Source: an uncultured delta proteobacterium (GTDB lineage: Bacteria > Desulfobacterota > RBG-13-43-22). Taken from it: a stretch of 64,000 bases of DNA. The notes below the pieces were generated by a model. That model saw only the letters and a program-made list of their open reading frames with translations. It was not told the origin of the DNA and searched no databases. The position numbers and the translations under genes were made by a program. Shown here one piece after another: positions 9,734 through 20,000 of this stretch (position 1 is the first letter of the stretch; each line of letters opens with the position of its first letter). The stretch covers positions 1,888,001 to 1,952,000 of the forward strand of contig CAWBOS010000010.1 of assembly GCA_963790475.1 (NCBI GenBank), read 5' to 3'.

Positions 9734-9926
9734 CCGGTTTCCTGCTCAACAATAAACTTCGAACCAACCGGGGGCAAGGTATGACAAGACTCTGCGAGCA
9801 TACCTTTCCCCCTTTGATAGCCTTCTTTTATAACGTCAAGCATTACCTGATCCTATTTCCAAAAAAAATCAATGACCCTTAGGGGCCACAAGCTTATCGC
9901 CTCAAGGGGTTTTACGGCATCAAGGT

Positions 9927-11390
9927 CTACTGATCCTGATTGAGATGGAAGGTCTCTTTCTGTTGACCTAAGAGGTCTAACAGCCTCTCATGTATACGAT
10001 CAAAACCCCCATTGGACATAATTAAAACAATGTCTCCGCTTTTAAACTGGCGAGAAAGGAATTCTAAGATCTCATCCGTAGCCGGGAAGTAGCGGGCCTG
10101 TTTACCGACAGATATCAGCTCTTCAACCAATCGGACTGAGGAAAATCGTTCCCCTTCGGGAATCTTTTCCAAGTCCGGGGCCTCCCGGATCACGATCAAG
10201 TCCGCCCCTTCGAAAGAGGAAACATAGTCATTTTGAAAAATATTGCGCCGGCTGGTGTTGGTCCGGGGTTCAAAGACGGCGATCAGCCGCCGGTCCGGAT
10301 ATTGAGATCTTACGGCCCGGATAGTTTCCCGGACCGCCGTTGGGTGATGGGCAAAATCATCGATCACCGTGACCCCGGCCCGGACCCCACGAATCTCCTG
10401 CCGGCGATGAATTCCTTGGAATCCTGCCAACCCCCGGGCAATGTCTTCCGGATTCAAGCCCACATGAATCAATATCGGAATCAAGGAAAGGAAATTAAGG
10501 GCGTTGTGCTTGCCGATCAACGGGGAATCAAAACTATGCCAAAACGCACCGCGCCGATAAACTGTGAACCGGCTGCCGTTTTCGTGGGTAGTCAAATCTT
10601 CCAAATGCCATTCCCATTGGTTTTCCATCCCATAGGTTTCCACAGGACAGGGGGCCTGATGAAGGATTTCCTGAATCCGGGGATCGGCACCATGAACCAC
10701 CAGTAAACCCTCTTCGGGGATAATGGACAGGAATCGAGAAAAGGCTGTTTGAATGGCTTCAACATCAGGATAGATATCGGCATGGTCGAACTCGATACTG
10801 GTTAGAACCGCAAAGTGCGGCCGGTAATGGAGGAACTTGGGGCCTTTGTCGAAAAAGGCCGTATCATATTCATCCCCTTCTATGACGAAATAGGGTCCCG
10901 CCCCAATCTGATAATTCCGTTCATACCCCATTAAAATCCCCCCAATCATAAAAGAGGGTTCAAGTCCCGCCTGGTCCAGAATGGAAGCCAGCAGGGACGA
11001 GGTCGTCGTCTTACCGTGTGTGCCGGTTATGACCAGAGAAACCTTGTCCTGAAGAAAGAATTGGGCCAGGGCCTGGGGAAAGGATAGAAAAGGCAGACCC
11101 AGTCGCATCAGTTCCTGGGCTTCAGGATTAACTCGGGTGATGACATTTCCGACGATGACCAGATCAGGTCGGGACTTAAGATTTTCCGGTCCGTAACCCT
11201 GGATCACCTCGATCCCCAAACCGGATAGAAAGGTGCTCATAGGGGGATAAACCGCCTGGTCGGACCCGGTTATGTGGTAGCCACGGTCCTTTAACATCCC
11301 GGCCAAAGAACCCATGCCGGTGCCGCAGATGCCCAGGAGATGGATGTGATGTATTTTTTCAGGAAGATAATTCCTGGATAAGTCGATCAT
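9927..11390 (-). CDS. mpl: UDP-N-acetylmuramate:L-alanyl-gamma-D-glutamyl-meso-diaminopimelate ligase
   Basis: HIHLLGICGTGMGSLA, GSDQAVYPPMS, GTHGKTTTSS, EGDEYDTAFFDKGPKF, DDFAHHPTA. Confidence 0.93.
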   Translation of the reverse strand: MIDLSRNYLPEKIHHIHLLGICGTGMGSLAGMLKDRGYHITGSDQAVYPPMSTFLSGLGIEVIQGYGPENLKSRPDLVIVGNVITRVNPEAQELMRLGLPFLSFPQALAQFFLQDKVSLVITGTHGKTTTSSLLASILDQAGLEPSFMIGGILMGYERNYQIGAGPYFVIEGDEYDTAFFDKGPKFLHYRPHFAVLTSIEFDHADIYPDVEAIQTAFSRFLSIIPEEGLLVVHGADPRIQEILHQAPCPVETYGMENQWEWHLEDLTTHENGSRFTVYRRGAFWHSFDSPLIGKHNALNFLSLIPILIHVGLNPEDIARGLAGFQGIHRRQEIRGVRAGVTVIDDFAHHPTAVRETIRAVRSQYPDRRLIAVFEPRTNTSRRNIFQNDYVSSFEGADLIVIREAPDLEKIPEGERFSSVRLVEELISVGKQARYFPATDEILEFLSRQFKSGDIVLIMSNGGFDRIHERLLDLLGQQKETFHLNQDQ

Positions 11391-11608
11391 GGATATCGAC
11401 GGACCTCCTGCTTGTTTTTATAAGGTAATATACCGCCCCGGGGTTCTCGTCAACTTTAAACACCAAAGGGAAAATAATTTATACCCCATTTTTTCTTGAC
11501 TCATTCAGGGTAATCCAATACATTATTTCTGCCCAATTTGAAGTTTTTATAACCGGGACCGCACTGTCATAATAATTTGAATCCTGCTAATCAAGGAGGA
11601 ACTCTTAG

Positions 11609-12226
11609 GTGATTATTCAATCATTAACCGTCGGGCCTATTCAGGCCAATTGTTTTATCTTGGGTTGTGAACAAACCCAAGAAGCCGTGGTCATTGACCC
11701 CGGAGATGAGGCCAGACGTATCCTGAGCGGTCTGCAAAAGAAGGCCTTGACCCTGAAATACATCATCAATACCCACGGACATTTTGATCATGTGGGGGCC
11801 AATAAGGCCTTAAAGGATATGACCGGGGCCCCCGTACTGATTCATCGAGGGGATGCGCCGATGCTGGCCAACCTTTCGGCCAGCGCCGGTATGTGGGGAA
11901 TGCGCGCCGAGGATTCCCCTCCGGACCAGTTTATCAAAGACGGTGATCGCATTGTCTTCGGACAGATCACCCTGGAAGTGATTCACACCCCCGGCCATTC
12001 TCCGGGTGGGATTTCCCTTTACACGCCCAAAGTTGTCTTTGTAGGGGACACCCTGTTTGCCGGTTCCATCGGACGTACTGATTTTCCGGGCGGGGACTAC
12101 GACCTGCTGATCTCCGGTGTGCGAAATCGGCTTTTTGTCCTGGGGGATGACGTCCAGGTTTTTCCCGGTCACGGCCCGGCCACCACTATCGGTTACGAAA
12201 AAAAATATAATCCGTTTTTTAGTTAA
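11609..12226 (+). CDS. MBL-fold metallo-hydrolase (YcbL/glyoxalase II-like)
   Basis: THGHFDH, HTPGHSPG, GDTLFAGSIGRTDFPGG, PGHG. Confidence 0.9.
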   Translation: MIIQSLTVGPIQANCFILGCEQTQEAVVIDPGDEARRILSGLQKKALTLKYIINTHGHFDHVGANKALKDMTGAPVLIHRGDAPMLANLSASAGMWGMRAEDSPPDQFIKDGDRIVFGQITLEVIHTPGHSPGGISLYTPKVVFVGDTLFAGSIGRTDFPGGDYDLLISGVRNRLFVLGDDVQVFPGHGPATTIGYEKKYNPFFS

Positions 12227-12397
12227 GCCCCCCTGCCCTTTCAGCCCCTTTTTACCGAAAAGCTTAGGAAATAATCTGGTCTTGTTTCTTAGGCTTTTCG
12301 TTAATAAAAGCCCCTTTATCGATAAATCCCCTTGCTTTGAACCTTAGCTTGCAATACAATTTTAATAAAAAGATACACATCTGGGAGGAAGGCTTTT

Positions 12398-12637
12398 ACG
12401 CCGTTCAGTTTAAGAATACCCTCCGAGAAGGAAGAGATGATCCGAAAAGCAGCCACCAAAGCCAGGAAAAAGAAAACCTGTTTTATTTTAGAAGCCGTTG
12501 ATGAGAAATTGGGCCTCCATAAGTCCCGGGAGCCGGTCGTTCGGGAAACGGCCGGAGGGCTGACTCATGAAGAATCTGAGGATCAGCGTCAGGCTGGAAA
12601 GGTATTTGATCAGGTGAAAAAGAAGAACTGGGCTTGA
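12398..12637 (+). pseudogene. RHH-type antitoxin with start codon mutated to ACG
   Basis: GGAGG RBS then ACG CCG TTC AGT TTA AGA ATA (xPFSLRIPSEKEEMIRKAA...FILEAVDEKLG), in frame with the ORF at 12437; stop overlaps the vapC relic start. Confidence 0.6.
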
Positions 12638-12741
12638 AACTGATCCTGGATACCCAAATCCCCATCAATGACGTCTGGTTCCTAATTGTTTCGATTGAGC
12701 TCTTAGGAAAGAATGAGTTGAAAAAAAGGATTCAGCAATGA
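12634..12741 (+). pseudogene. Internally deleted VapC (PIN) relic fused to an unrelated tail
   Basis: TTG start: LKLILDT|QIPINDVW|FLIVSIELLGKNELKKRIQQ*; joins the PIN N-terminal LDT and C-terminal IPxNDxW motifs; its TGA overlaps the MTase ATG. Confidence 0.65.
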
Positions 12742-13613
12742 AGTTTATTCGAGAACCTCATGGGACATACACCGTTGGAATAGTTCAATCCACTATTTTC
12801 CAGGGAGACGCCGAGAATCTTATAGAACGTTTGCCATCGGATTTTTTTCGATGTTGTGTGACTTCTCCTCCTTACTGGGGGCTTAGAGATTATCAAGCTA
12901 AAGGCCAGATAGGTGCCGAGGATGATCCTGACGAGTATATCAACCGCTTGGTAGCCGTATTTGAACAAGTCCGGCGTGTGCTGAAGGAAGATGGGACTTT
13001 CTGGCTGAATATCGGAGACAGTTACACGAGTGGAAACCGCGGGTATAGGGCTCCGGATAAAAAGAATCCAGTAAGGGCTATGTCTTACCGCGCAAAAACA
13101 CCTTACGGATTAAAACCAAAAGACCTGGTTGGCGTTCCATGGCGGCTGGCGTTTGCCCTTCAAAAATCAGGGTGGTATCTGCGAAATGACATCATTTGGG
13201 AAAAACCAAATTGTATGCCGGAAAGTGTCAAAGACCGGCCTACGCGCTGTCACGAGTATTTGTTTCTTTTCTCCAAATCAATAAAATATTATTATGATTA
13301 TTTAAGCGTTCAGGAGGTCAATGGCCGAAATCGACGTACAGTATGGTCTATTCCGACAGAGCCGTTTACAGGCGCCCATTTTGCTACGTTTCCCCCAAAG
13401 CTTGTGGAGCCTTGTATTTTAGCAGGTTCTGAACCCGAGGACTGGGTTTTAGATCCTTTTTTTGGTTCCGGGACAGTCGGAGTTGTTTGTGAACAGCAGC
13501 ATCGAAAATATGTAGGGATTGAATTGAACCAAGATTATGTCAAATTAGCATTAACGCGAATCAGAAATACGGAATCCTTGCTTTTCACCTATGATCGGAA
13601 GGTTGCCCAATGA
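12738..13613 (+). CDS. Site-specific N4-cytosine DNA methyltransferase (beta class, M.XcyI/M.Cfr9I-like)
   Basis: TSPPYWGLRDY catalytic motif before the DPFFGSGT SAM motif; LKPKDLVGVPWRLAFALQ, PESVKDRPT, HFATFP. Confidence 0.9.
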   Translation: MKFIREPHGTYTVGIVQSTIFQGDAENLIERLPSDFFRCCVTSPPYWGLRDYQAKGQIGAEDDPDEYINRLVAVFEQVRRVLKEDGTFWLNIGDSYTSGNRGYRAPDKKNPVRAMSYRAKTPYGLKPKDLVGVPWRLAFALQKSGWYLRNDIIWEKPNCMPESVKDRPTRCHEYLFLFSKSIKYYYDYLSVQEVNGRNRRTVWSIPTEPFTGAHFATFPPKLVEPCILAGSEPEDWVLDPFFGSGTVGVVCEQQHRKYVGIELNQDYVKLALTRIRNTESLLFTYDRKVAQ

Positions 13614-14575
13614 AAAAATTAAAGGTCCCAGAACCTGATTTGCAGATTACTTTTTTCCGTCGTCTTCAGGAAATTCGGCACACCTACCTGCTGAGTGCCC
13701 TCTTATCCACGGTAGCACGTATGGAAATCGCTGAAATCGACCGCCAGTTAGCCAGTTTTGTCTCCGGAAAAGGACTTCAGCGGGTAGCCGGTTGGGGTCT
13801 TCGAGGAGAGTTAGTTTTTGCCATGCCATATGTTCTTAAAGAGAATCCTCGGCTACTGGGGTATTACCGATTACTTCTGGGTTTCTCCCAAAAACAATTC
13901 TACGGAGACCGTTATGGAATTACTTCTTTTAAATCCATGGAAGAAAAGGGACGGCTTTCATCTGAAAACGAATCTTTTCTAAATGAACTATGCCAAATAC
14001 TTTGCAACAGCGCAGAACACCTGACCAAGGGGATTCCCCGGCTTACCCCGGAAGGATTACACGAACTGACATTGCTCACTCTGGGACCTCAACTAAGAGG
14101 TGGTGCTCTTAACATAATGGGCAGTAAGGCCACAAAGAAAGTTTTTGATCTCATTAATTCTTTGTTGTCCTCTGTCGAAATAAAAAAAGTTGAAAAATCT
14201 ATGGAGGTCCGGAATGCGGCTGGTCGGATTGTTCAAGTTGAATTTGCTAACGATCCCGACATCTGCATTAGGGAAAAACTCCCTTCCGGAAGATATCGAA
14301 ATTTGGTGGCAATCGAGATTAAAGGTGGCCGTGATTATTCCAACATTCATAACCGCATCGGTGAAGCCGAGAAGAGCCACCAGAAGGCAAGAAAAGAAGG
14401 GTATGTAGAATGTTGGACCATTGTTGGGGTAGTAGATCTCGACCTGCCACAGGCAAGAAGGGAGTCCCCTTCCACAGATAGATTTTACCATATTGACAAA
14501 ATTGCGGACAAGGTATCAGATGAAGTAGAAGACTTCCGGGAAAATTTACTGGCCCGAATAGGCATAAATGCATAA
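13610..14575 (+). CDS. XcyI-family type II restriction endonuclease (probable CCCGGG specificity)
   Basis: LLGYYRLLLGFSQKQFY, GPQLRGG, DPDI...AIEIKGGRDYSNIHNRIGEAEKSHQKAR, ESPSTDRFY as recalled for RE_XcyI; ATGA overlap with the MTase. Confidence 0.85.
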   Translation: MKKLKVPEPDLQITFFRRLQEIRHTYLLSALLSTVARMEIAEIDRQLASFVSGKGLQRVAGWGLRGELVFAMPYVLKENPRLLGYYRLLLGFSQKQFYGDRYGITSFKSMEEKGRLSSENESFLNELCQILCNSAEHLTKGIPRLTPEGLHELTLLTLGPQLRGGALNIMGSKATKKVFDLINSLLSSVEIKKVEKSMEVRNAAGRIVQVEFANDPDICIREKLPSGRYRNLVAIEIKGGRDYSNIHNRIGEAEKSHQKARKEGYVECWTIVGVVDLDLPQARRESPSTDRFYHIDKIADKVSDEVEDFRENLLARIGINA

Positions 14576-14581
14576 AAAAAT

Positions 14582-17008
14582 ATGGAATCTTTTAAGGACA
14601 TTAAGACCCAGCTCCATGAAGCCTTAAATGAATGTGCCCGTCTGCGGAAGGAAAATGATCGCCTAAAGAAATTAATTGGAAGACCTTCAGAGGAAACTTT
14701 ATCTCCCCCAAAACTTACCCTTTCAGAATTCTCAATCCCATATTCCTCTTCTGAAACAAAAGTCAGTAATAACTCCCCGCCTGAAGCCAAAGTAAATCTG
14801 TTTAGAAGTTTATTCCGTGGCCGCGATGACGTTTATCCGGTTCGTTGGGAACGAAAAGACGGACGGTCCGGTTATTCTCCGGCCTGCGTTTATGAATGGA
14901 AAAGACCCCTGTGCGGAAAACCAAGGGTAAAATGTGCCAATTGCGAAAACCGCAAGTTCCTGCCGGTAACGGATGAAGTTATCCAGAACCATCTAATAGG
15001 AAAGCATACCATTGGGGTTTATCCTCTGCTTTCTGATGAAACCTGCTGGCTTTTGACCGCCGATTTCGACAAGAAGACCTGGAAGGAGGACACCGCTGCT
15101 TTCCTTAACAATTGTAATAAATTGGGAATATCGGCGGGCCTGGAACGTTCCAGATCGGGGAAAGGAGGACATGTCTGGATTTTCTTTGATTGCCCTGTTT
15201 CAGCCTCTCTTGCCCGAAAGCTTGGGTGTACCATCTTAACCCGGACACTCGATCAACGGCATCAAATGGGACTGGATTCTTATGACCGCTTTTTCCCGAA
15301 TCAAGATACCCTGCCTAAAGGTGGTTTTGGCAACCTTATCGCCCTCCCCCTGCAATGGGCTCCAAGAGAAAAAGGTAATAGTGTATTTCTTAATCCTGAG
15401 GGGTTTCCATATCCCGATCAATGGGAATTCCTTTCAAACCTTGAGAAACTTTCATTCGAAAAACTGGAGGCAATTCTCCAAGATGCTTCCAAAACGGGAC
15501 AGATCATAAACATACGGATAAGTCTTGAGGATGAAATTGCAGACGAAGATCCTTGGACCCTGCCACCCTCTCAGAAGAAAATTGAAAAACCCATTTCCGG
15601 TCCTTTTCCTCAGTCTGTTCGACTGGTCCAAGGAAATCTGATCTATATTGAGAAAAAAGGACTTCCTCCCGCTTTAATTTCGCGATTGATTCGTTTGGCC
15701 GCCTTTCAAAATCCTGAATTTTACCGGGCTCAAGCCATGCGCCTCCCGACTTATGACAAGCCTCGGATTATCTGTTGCGCGGAAGACTTTCCTGAGTATA
15801 TTGGTTTACCTCGAGGAAGTTTGGATGAGATTCTGGCCCTGTTCCAAACCCATGGCGTAAAAAGTCAACTCATTGATGAACGTTATAAAGGACACGGCAT
15901 TAAGGCAGAGTTTGTTGGAAAATTAAGGCCGGATCAGGAAAAAATTACCGCTGCTTTAATTCCCTATGATATTGGGATTCTTTCAGCCCCTACCGCCTTT
16001 GGCAAAACCGTGCTTGCCGCCTGGTTTATTGCGGCAAGAGGAGTTAATACGCTAGTATTGGTCCATCGCCAGCAACTCTTAGATCAGTGGCGGGACCGGT
16101 TGGCCTTCTTTCTGGATATTGCCTTAAAAGAAATAGGGCAGATAGGAGGTGGTAAAGATCAGCCGTCCGGAAATATAGATGTCGGAATCCTCCAAAGCCT
16201 GAACCGCAAAGGAAAAGTGAAGGATATAGTGGCCGAGTACGGTCAGATCATTGTGGATGAGTGTCATCATATACCGGCCTTTTCATTCGAACAGGTATTA
16301 AAAAAGGTCAAAGCGAAATATGTACTGGGATTAACAGCCACTCCTGTTCGAAAAGATGGCCATCATCCGATTGTCCTGATGCAATGCGGTCCAATTCGGT
16401 TCAGAGAAAATCCCCAAAAAGCAACAACAATCCAGCCTTTTGAACATGTCGTATTCCCGAGAAAAACTAATTTCAGACTTCCAGAGATGTCCATTAAGAC
16501 TACTGTTCAGGATATTTATAGCGCCCTGATAATGGACCAAGAACGCAATGATTTTATTTTTGATGACCTTTTATCGGCCCTCGAAGCAGGAAGATCGCCT
16601 TTATTATTAACCGAACGGACTGAACATTTGAATTTCTTTTCCTCCCGCCTTGAAAAGTTCGCGCGAAATGTGATTGTCCTTAAAGGGGGCCTTGGGAAAA
16701 GACAACGGCAAATACTATTTGATCAGCTAAAATCTATCTCCGGGGAAGAAGAACGGGTTATTATATCCACCGGACGTTATATCGGAGAAGGTTTTGATGA
16801 TGCCCGACTGGACACGTTGTTCTTGGTGATGCCGATTTCCTGGCGAGGCACATTGGAACAATATGTAGGACGATTACATCGCATCCATGAAAATAAGAAA
16901 GTCGTTCAAGTTTACGATTATTTGGATACTAACGTACCGATGCTTGTTCGGATGTATCAGAAACGGCTAAAAGGTTACAAAGCTATTGGATACCTCATTG
17001 AAAAATAA
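14582..17008 (+). CDS. AEP primase-like (TOTE-type) domain fused to an SF2 DEAD/DEAH (ResIII-like) helicase
   Basis: N-terminal LFRGRDDVYPVRWE, Cys cluster, ADFDK, ERSRSGKGGHVW, SYDRFFPNQD; C-terminal APTAFGKT, DECHH, LTAT, GEGFD, QYVGRLHR. Confidence 0.8.
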   Translation: MESFKDIKTQLHEALNECARLRKENDRLKKLIGRPSEETLSPPKLTLSEFSIPYSSSETKVSNNSPPEAKVNLFRSLFRGRDDVYPVRWERKDGRSGYSPACVYEWKRPLCGKPRVKCANCENRKFLPVTDEVIQNHLIGKHTIGVYPLLSDETCWLLTADFDKKTWKEDTAAFLNNCNKLGISAGLERSRSGKGGHVWIFFDCPVSASLARKLGCTILTRTLDQRHQMGLDSYDRFFPNQDTLPKGGFGNLIALPLQWAPREKGNSVFLNPEGFPYPDQWEFLSNLEKLSFEKLEAILQDASKTGQIINIRISLEDEIADEDPWTLPPSQKKIEKPISGPFPQSVRLVQGNLIYIEKKGLPPALISRLIRLAAFQNPEFYRAQAMRLPTYDKPRIICCAEDFPEYIGLPRGSLDEILALFQTHGVKSQLIDERYKGHGIKAEFVGKLRPDQEKITAALIPYDIGILSAPTAFGKTVLAAWFIAARGVNTLVLVHRQQLLDQWRDRLAFFLDIALKEIGQIGGGKDQPSGNIDVGILQSLNRKGKVKDIVAEYGQIIVDECHHIPAFSFEQVLKKVKAKYVLGLTATPVRKDGHHPIVLMQCGPIRFRENPQKATTIQPFEHVVFPRKTNFRLPEMSIKTTVQDIYSALIMDQERNDFIFDDLLSALEAGRSPLLLTERTEHLNFFSSRLEKFARNVIVLKGGLGKRQRQILFDQLKSISGEEERVIISTGRYIGEGFDDARLDTLFLVMPISWRGTLEQYVGRLHRIHENKKVVQVYDYLDTNVPMLVRMYQKRLKGYKAIGYLIEK

Positions 17009-17065
17009 TAGGTTATGCCTATGTTGAAATCAAGGTGCCCTTCAATATCGAATCGGAGGAACAAC

Positions 17066-20000
17066 ATGAAAGTCCTGCTTAAAGTTTTTTTGGGTCTGGC
17101 TTTTTATGTCCTTTTGGCCACCGCCGCAGAAACAGCGCAGGTGGAGCAGTTCTCCCCTCAGGGTACAATAAAGGATATCCGCCAGGTGACGGCCGGATTT
17201 TCCGAAGCGATGGTCCCCTTCGGTGATCCCAGGCTCCAGGACCCTTTTACCATCGACTGTCCTGAAAAAGGAAAGGGCCGCTGGGTAGACGGAAAAACCT
17301 GGGCCTATGATTTTGAGCGGGACATGCCGGCCGGGGTGATGTGCACCTTTCAAGTAAAACCGGATTTAAAAACCCTGGCCGGTGTACCAATCAGCGGTCG
17401 AAAGCTATTTTCCTTTAATACCGGCGGCCCTTCCGTGCGGGGATCCAGGCCCGAGGAAGGAAACAACTGGATCGATGAAAATCAGGTTTTTATCATTTCC
17501 CTGGATGCCGAGGCCGACGAAGCTTCGATCATACAGCAGGTTTACTGCTCAGTGGAAGGGATTCAGGAGCGGGTCGGAATCAGACTGATCCAAGGGGAAG
17601 AGAGAGAGCGGTTATTTAAGGAACTGAAAGTTAAAAAAGGGAAAATCCCCCAGGTCGTATTTCAATGCAAGCAAACCTTCCCTTCCGGTTCTGAGGTCAA
17701 GATCGTCTGGGGAAGGGGGGTGAAGACCCTGAGCGCCATTGCCACCAGAGAAGATCAACTCCTGGTTTTTAAGACGCGCAAACCCTTCTATGCCAGGTTC
17801 AGAGGGAAAAAAGAGAAGCCGACCGGCGGCTGCATCCCTCTTCTGCCCATGAAACTGGTTTTCTCGGCTCCGGTTCCCTGGGAAACGGCCCGTCAAATCC
17901 TGCTTAAAAGTCAACCGGGTAGGATATGGAAACCCAAACCGGGCGGAGACGGGGAAAAACAATGGGTGGACCAGATCATCTTTGAAGGCCCATTTCCGGA
18001 AAACACCTCCTTCACCGTGCACCTTCCTAAAAATCTAAAGGATGACGCCGGCCGACCTTTGAGCAATCAGGACAAATTCCCCCTGAAAATCAAGACCGAC
18101 CGCTACCCTTCTTTGGCTAAATTTTCCGCCCGGTTCGGCATCCTGGAATGGAACGAGGGAGGAATATTGCCTTTGACGGTCAGAAACCTCGAGGCCGAGA
18201 TCAAGGCCTGGATGACTGTTTCAGAGGATAAACAAGACGGCCCCGTGAAAAAGACCCCTGATCCGGCTTTGAAGGCCGGGGAATCCATTCAGACTGTCAC
18301 CCCCCAAACGGGCAAAAGTCTGCCTGACCAATTAACTCAGAGCCTGAAAGGCAGCATCCATCACCTCGGAACGGATAAAGAAGAAAAAATTATTGAATGG
18401 CTTAAAATCCTGAAATCGGCCAAGAGGGAAAAATCCATCCTGAGAGACAAGGGAGGCCTTCAAAAAATTTCCATCCCTAAGCAGGGAGGACCTAACGAAT
18501 TTGAAGTGATCGGGATTCCTCTTAAAGAACCTGGATTTCATGTGCTGGAATTGCAGAGCGAGATTCTAGGGGCGCGCCTTCTGGGCAAATCCATCCCCAT
18601 GTATGTGCCGGCTGCCGCCCTGGTTACCAACCTGGCCGCTCATTTCAAGTGGGGCCGGGCCTCTTCCCTGGTCTGGGTAACCTCCCTAGACAAGGGAGAA
18701 CCGGTCAAAGAGGCCGAGGTCACGGTCCGCGACTGTACCGGAAAAAAGCACTGGCAAGGGAAAACCGACGAAACCGGGGTGGCAAAAATAAATGTCGCCC
18801 TACCTACCGGGAAAAATCTTCCTCGCTGTCCGGATAAAGGGGAAGACGAGGAATATTTGCCGGCCCTTTCCGGTATCCAGGGCGGGCTTTTTATTTTTGC
18901 CAAAACTCAAAAGGATATGACCTTTACCCATACCAGTTGGAACGAAGGCATAGAGTCGTGGCGTTTCAATATCCCTTCCGGTGACCTTTCAGGGAAAGAA
19001 GGATTACTGGCACACACGGTGTTCGACCGAACCCTGTTCAAGGCCGGGGAAAAAGTTCACATGAAACATTTCCTTCGAAAGCCCTCCATGAAGGGTTTGT
19101 CCCTTACCTCGGAGACCCAAGAAATAAATGAAGTCGTTATTGAACATGCCGGGAGCAATCAGCAATACGTTTTTCCTTTAAAATGGCGGACCAACGGGTC
19201 CGCGGAAACGGTCTTCAAGATACCGGACAATGCCAAATTAGGGACCTATGAGGTTTCGCTGGCCTCCAAATCGAATCAACCCAAATTGCAATTTGATCAA
19301 AAGCTGGAAAGCGGCTCCTTCCGGGTGGAAGAATTCCGAATCCCTCTGATGAAGGCCTCTGTTCAAGGGCCTAAAGACCCGGTCATCAAGGCCAAGGAAA
19401 TAGAGCTGGACCTGTCGGTCTCTTACCTTTCCGGCGGCGGCGCCGCCGTTTTGCTGGTGAAGGTCCGCACCGAAATCCAACCTAAGTTTATTTCTTTTCC
19501 GGATTTTGAAGATTTTGTTTTTTCCAATGGAAGAGTAAAACCGGGAATAATCCGGCCCACGGCGTATGACGAAGAGTACGAAGAGGACTTTGACGAAGGG
19601 GATGAACCAGGCGATCGATCCCTGACCAAAAAAGAAAAACTCCACACCCTTGATTTGACACTCGACCAACAGGGGGTAATACGGACCAGGCTCTCCGGAC
19701 TTCCGGAAATCGACAGTCCTAAGGACCTGCTCACGGAACTTGAATACAAAGACCCCAATGGGGAAATTCAAACCGTGGCTTCCCGTATCCCGCTTTATCC
19801 GGCCCAGGCACTGATCGGAATCCATTCCGGTACCAATGAAGCCACCCAGGATTCTCTCAAATATACCCTGGTGGTTTTGGATCTCAAAGGCCAACCGCTA
19901 CCCCAGGTGGAAGTCCTGGTGAACCTCTTGGAAAGAAAGACCTATTCATACCGGAAGCGCATTGCCGGGGGGTTTTATGCCTATGAGAATATCGCTGAGA

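Noticed and set aside
9770-9912. Two hairpins between the secreted-protein gene and mpl
   Set aside because: Adequately explained as terminators for convergent genes.
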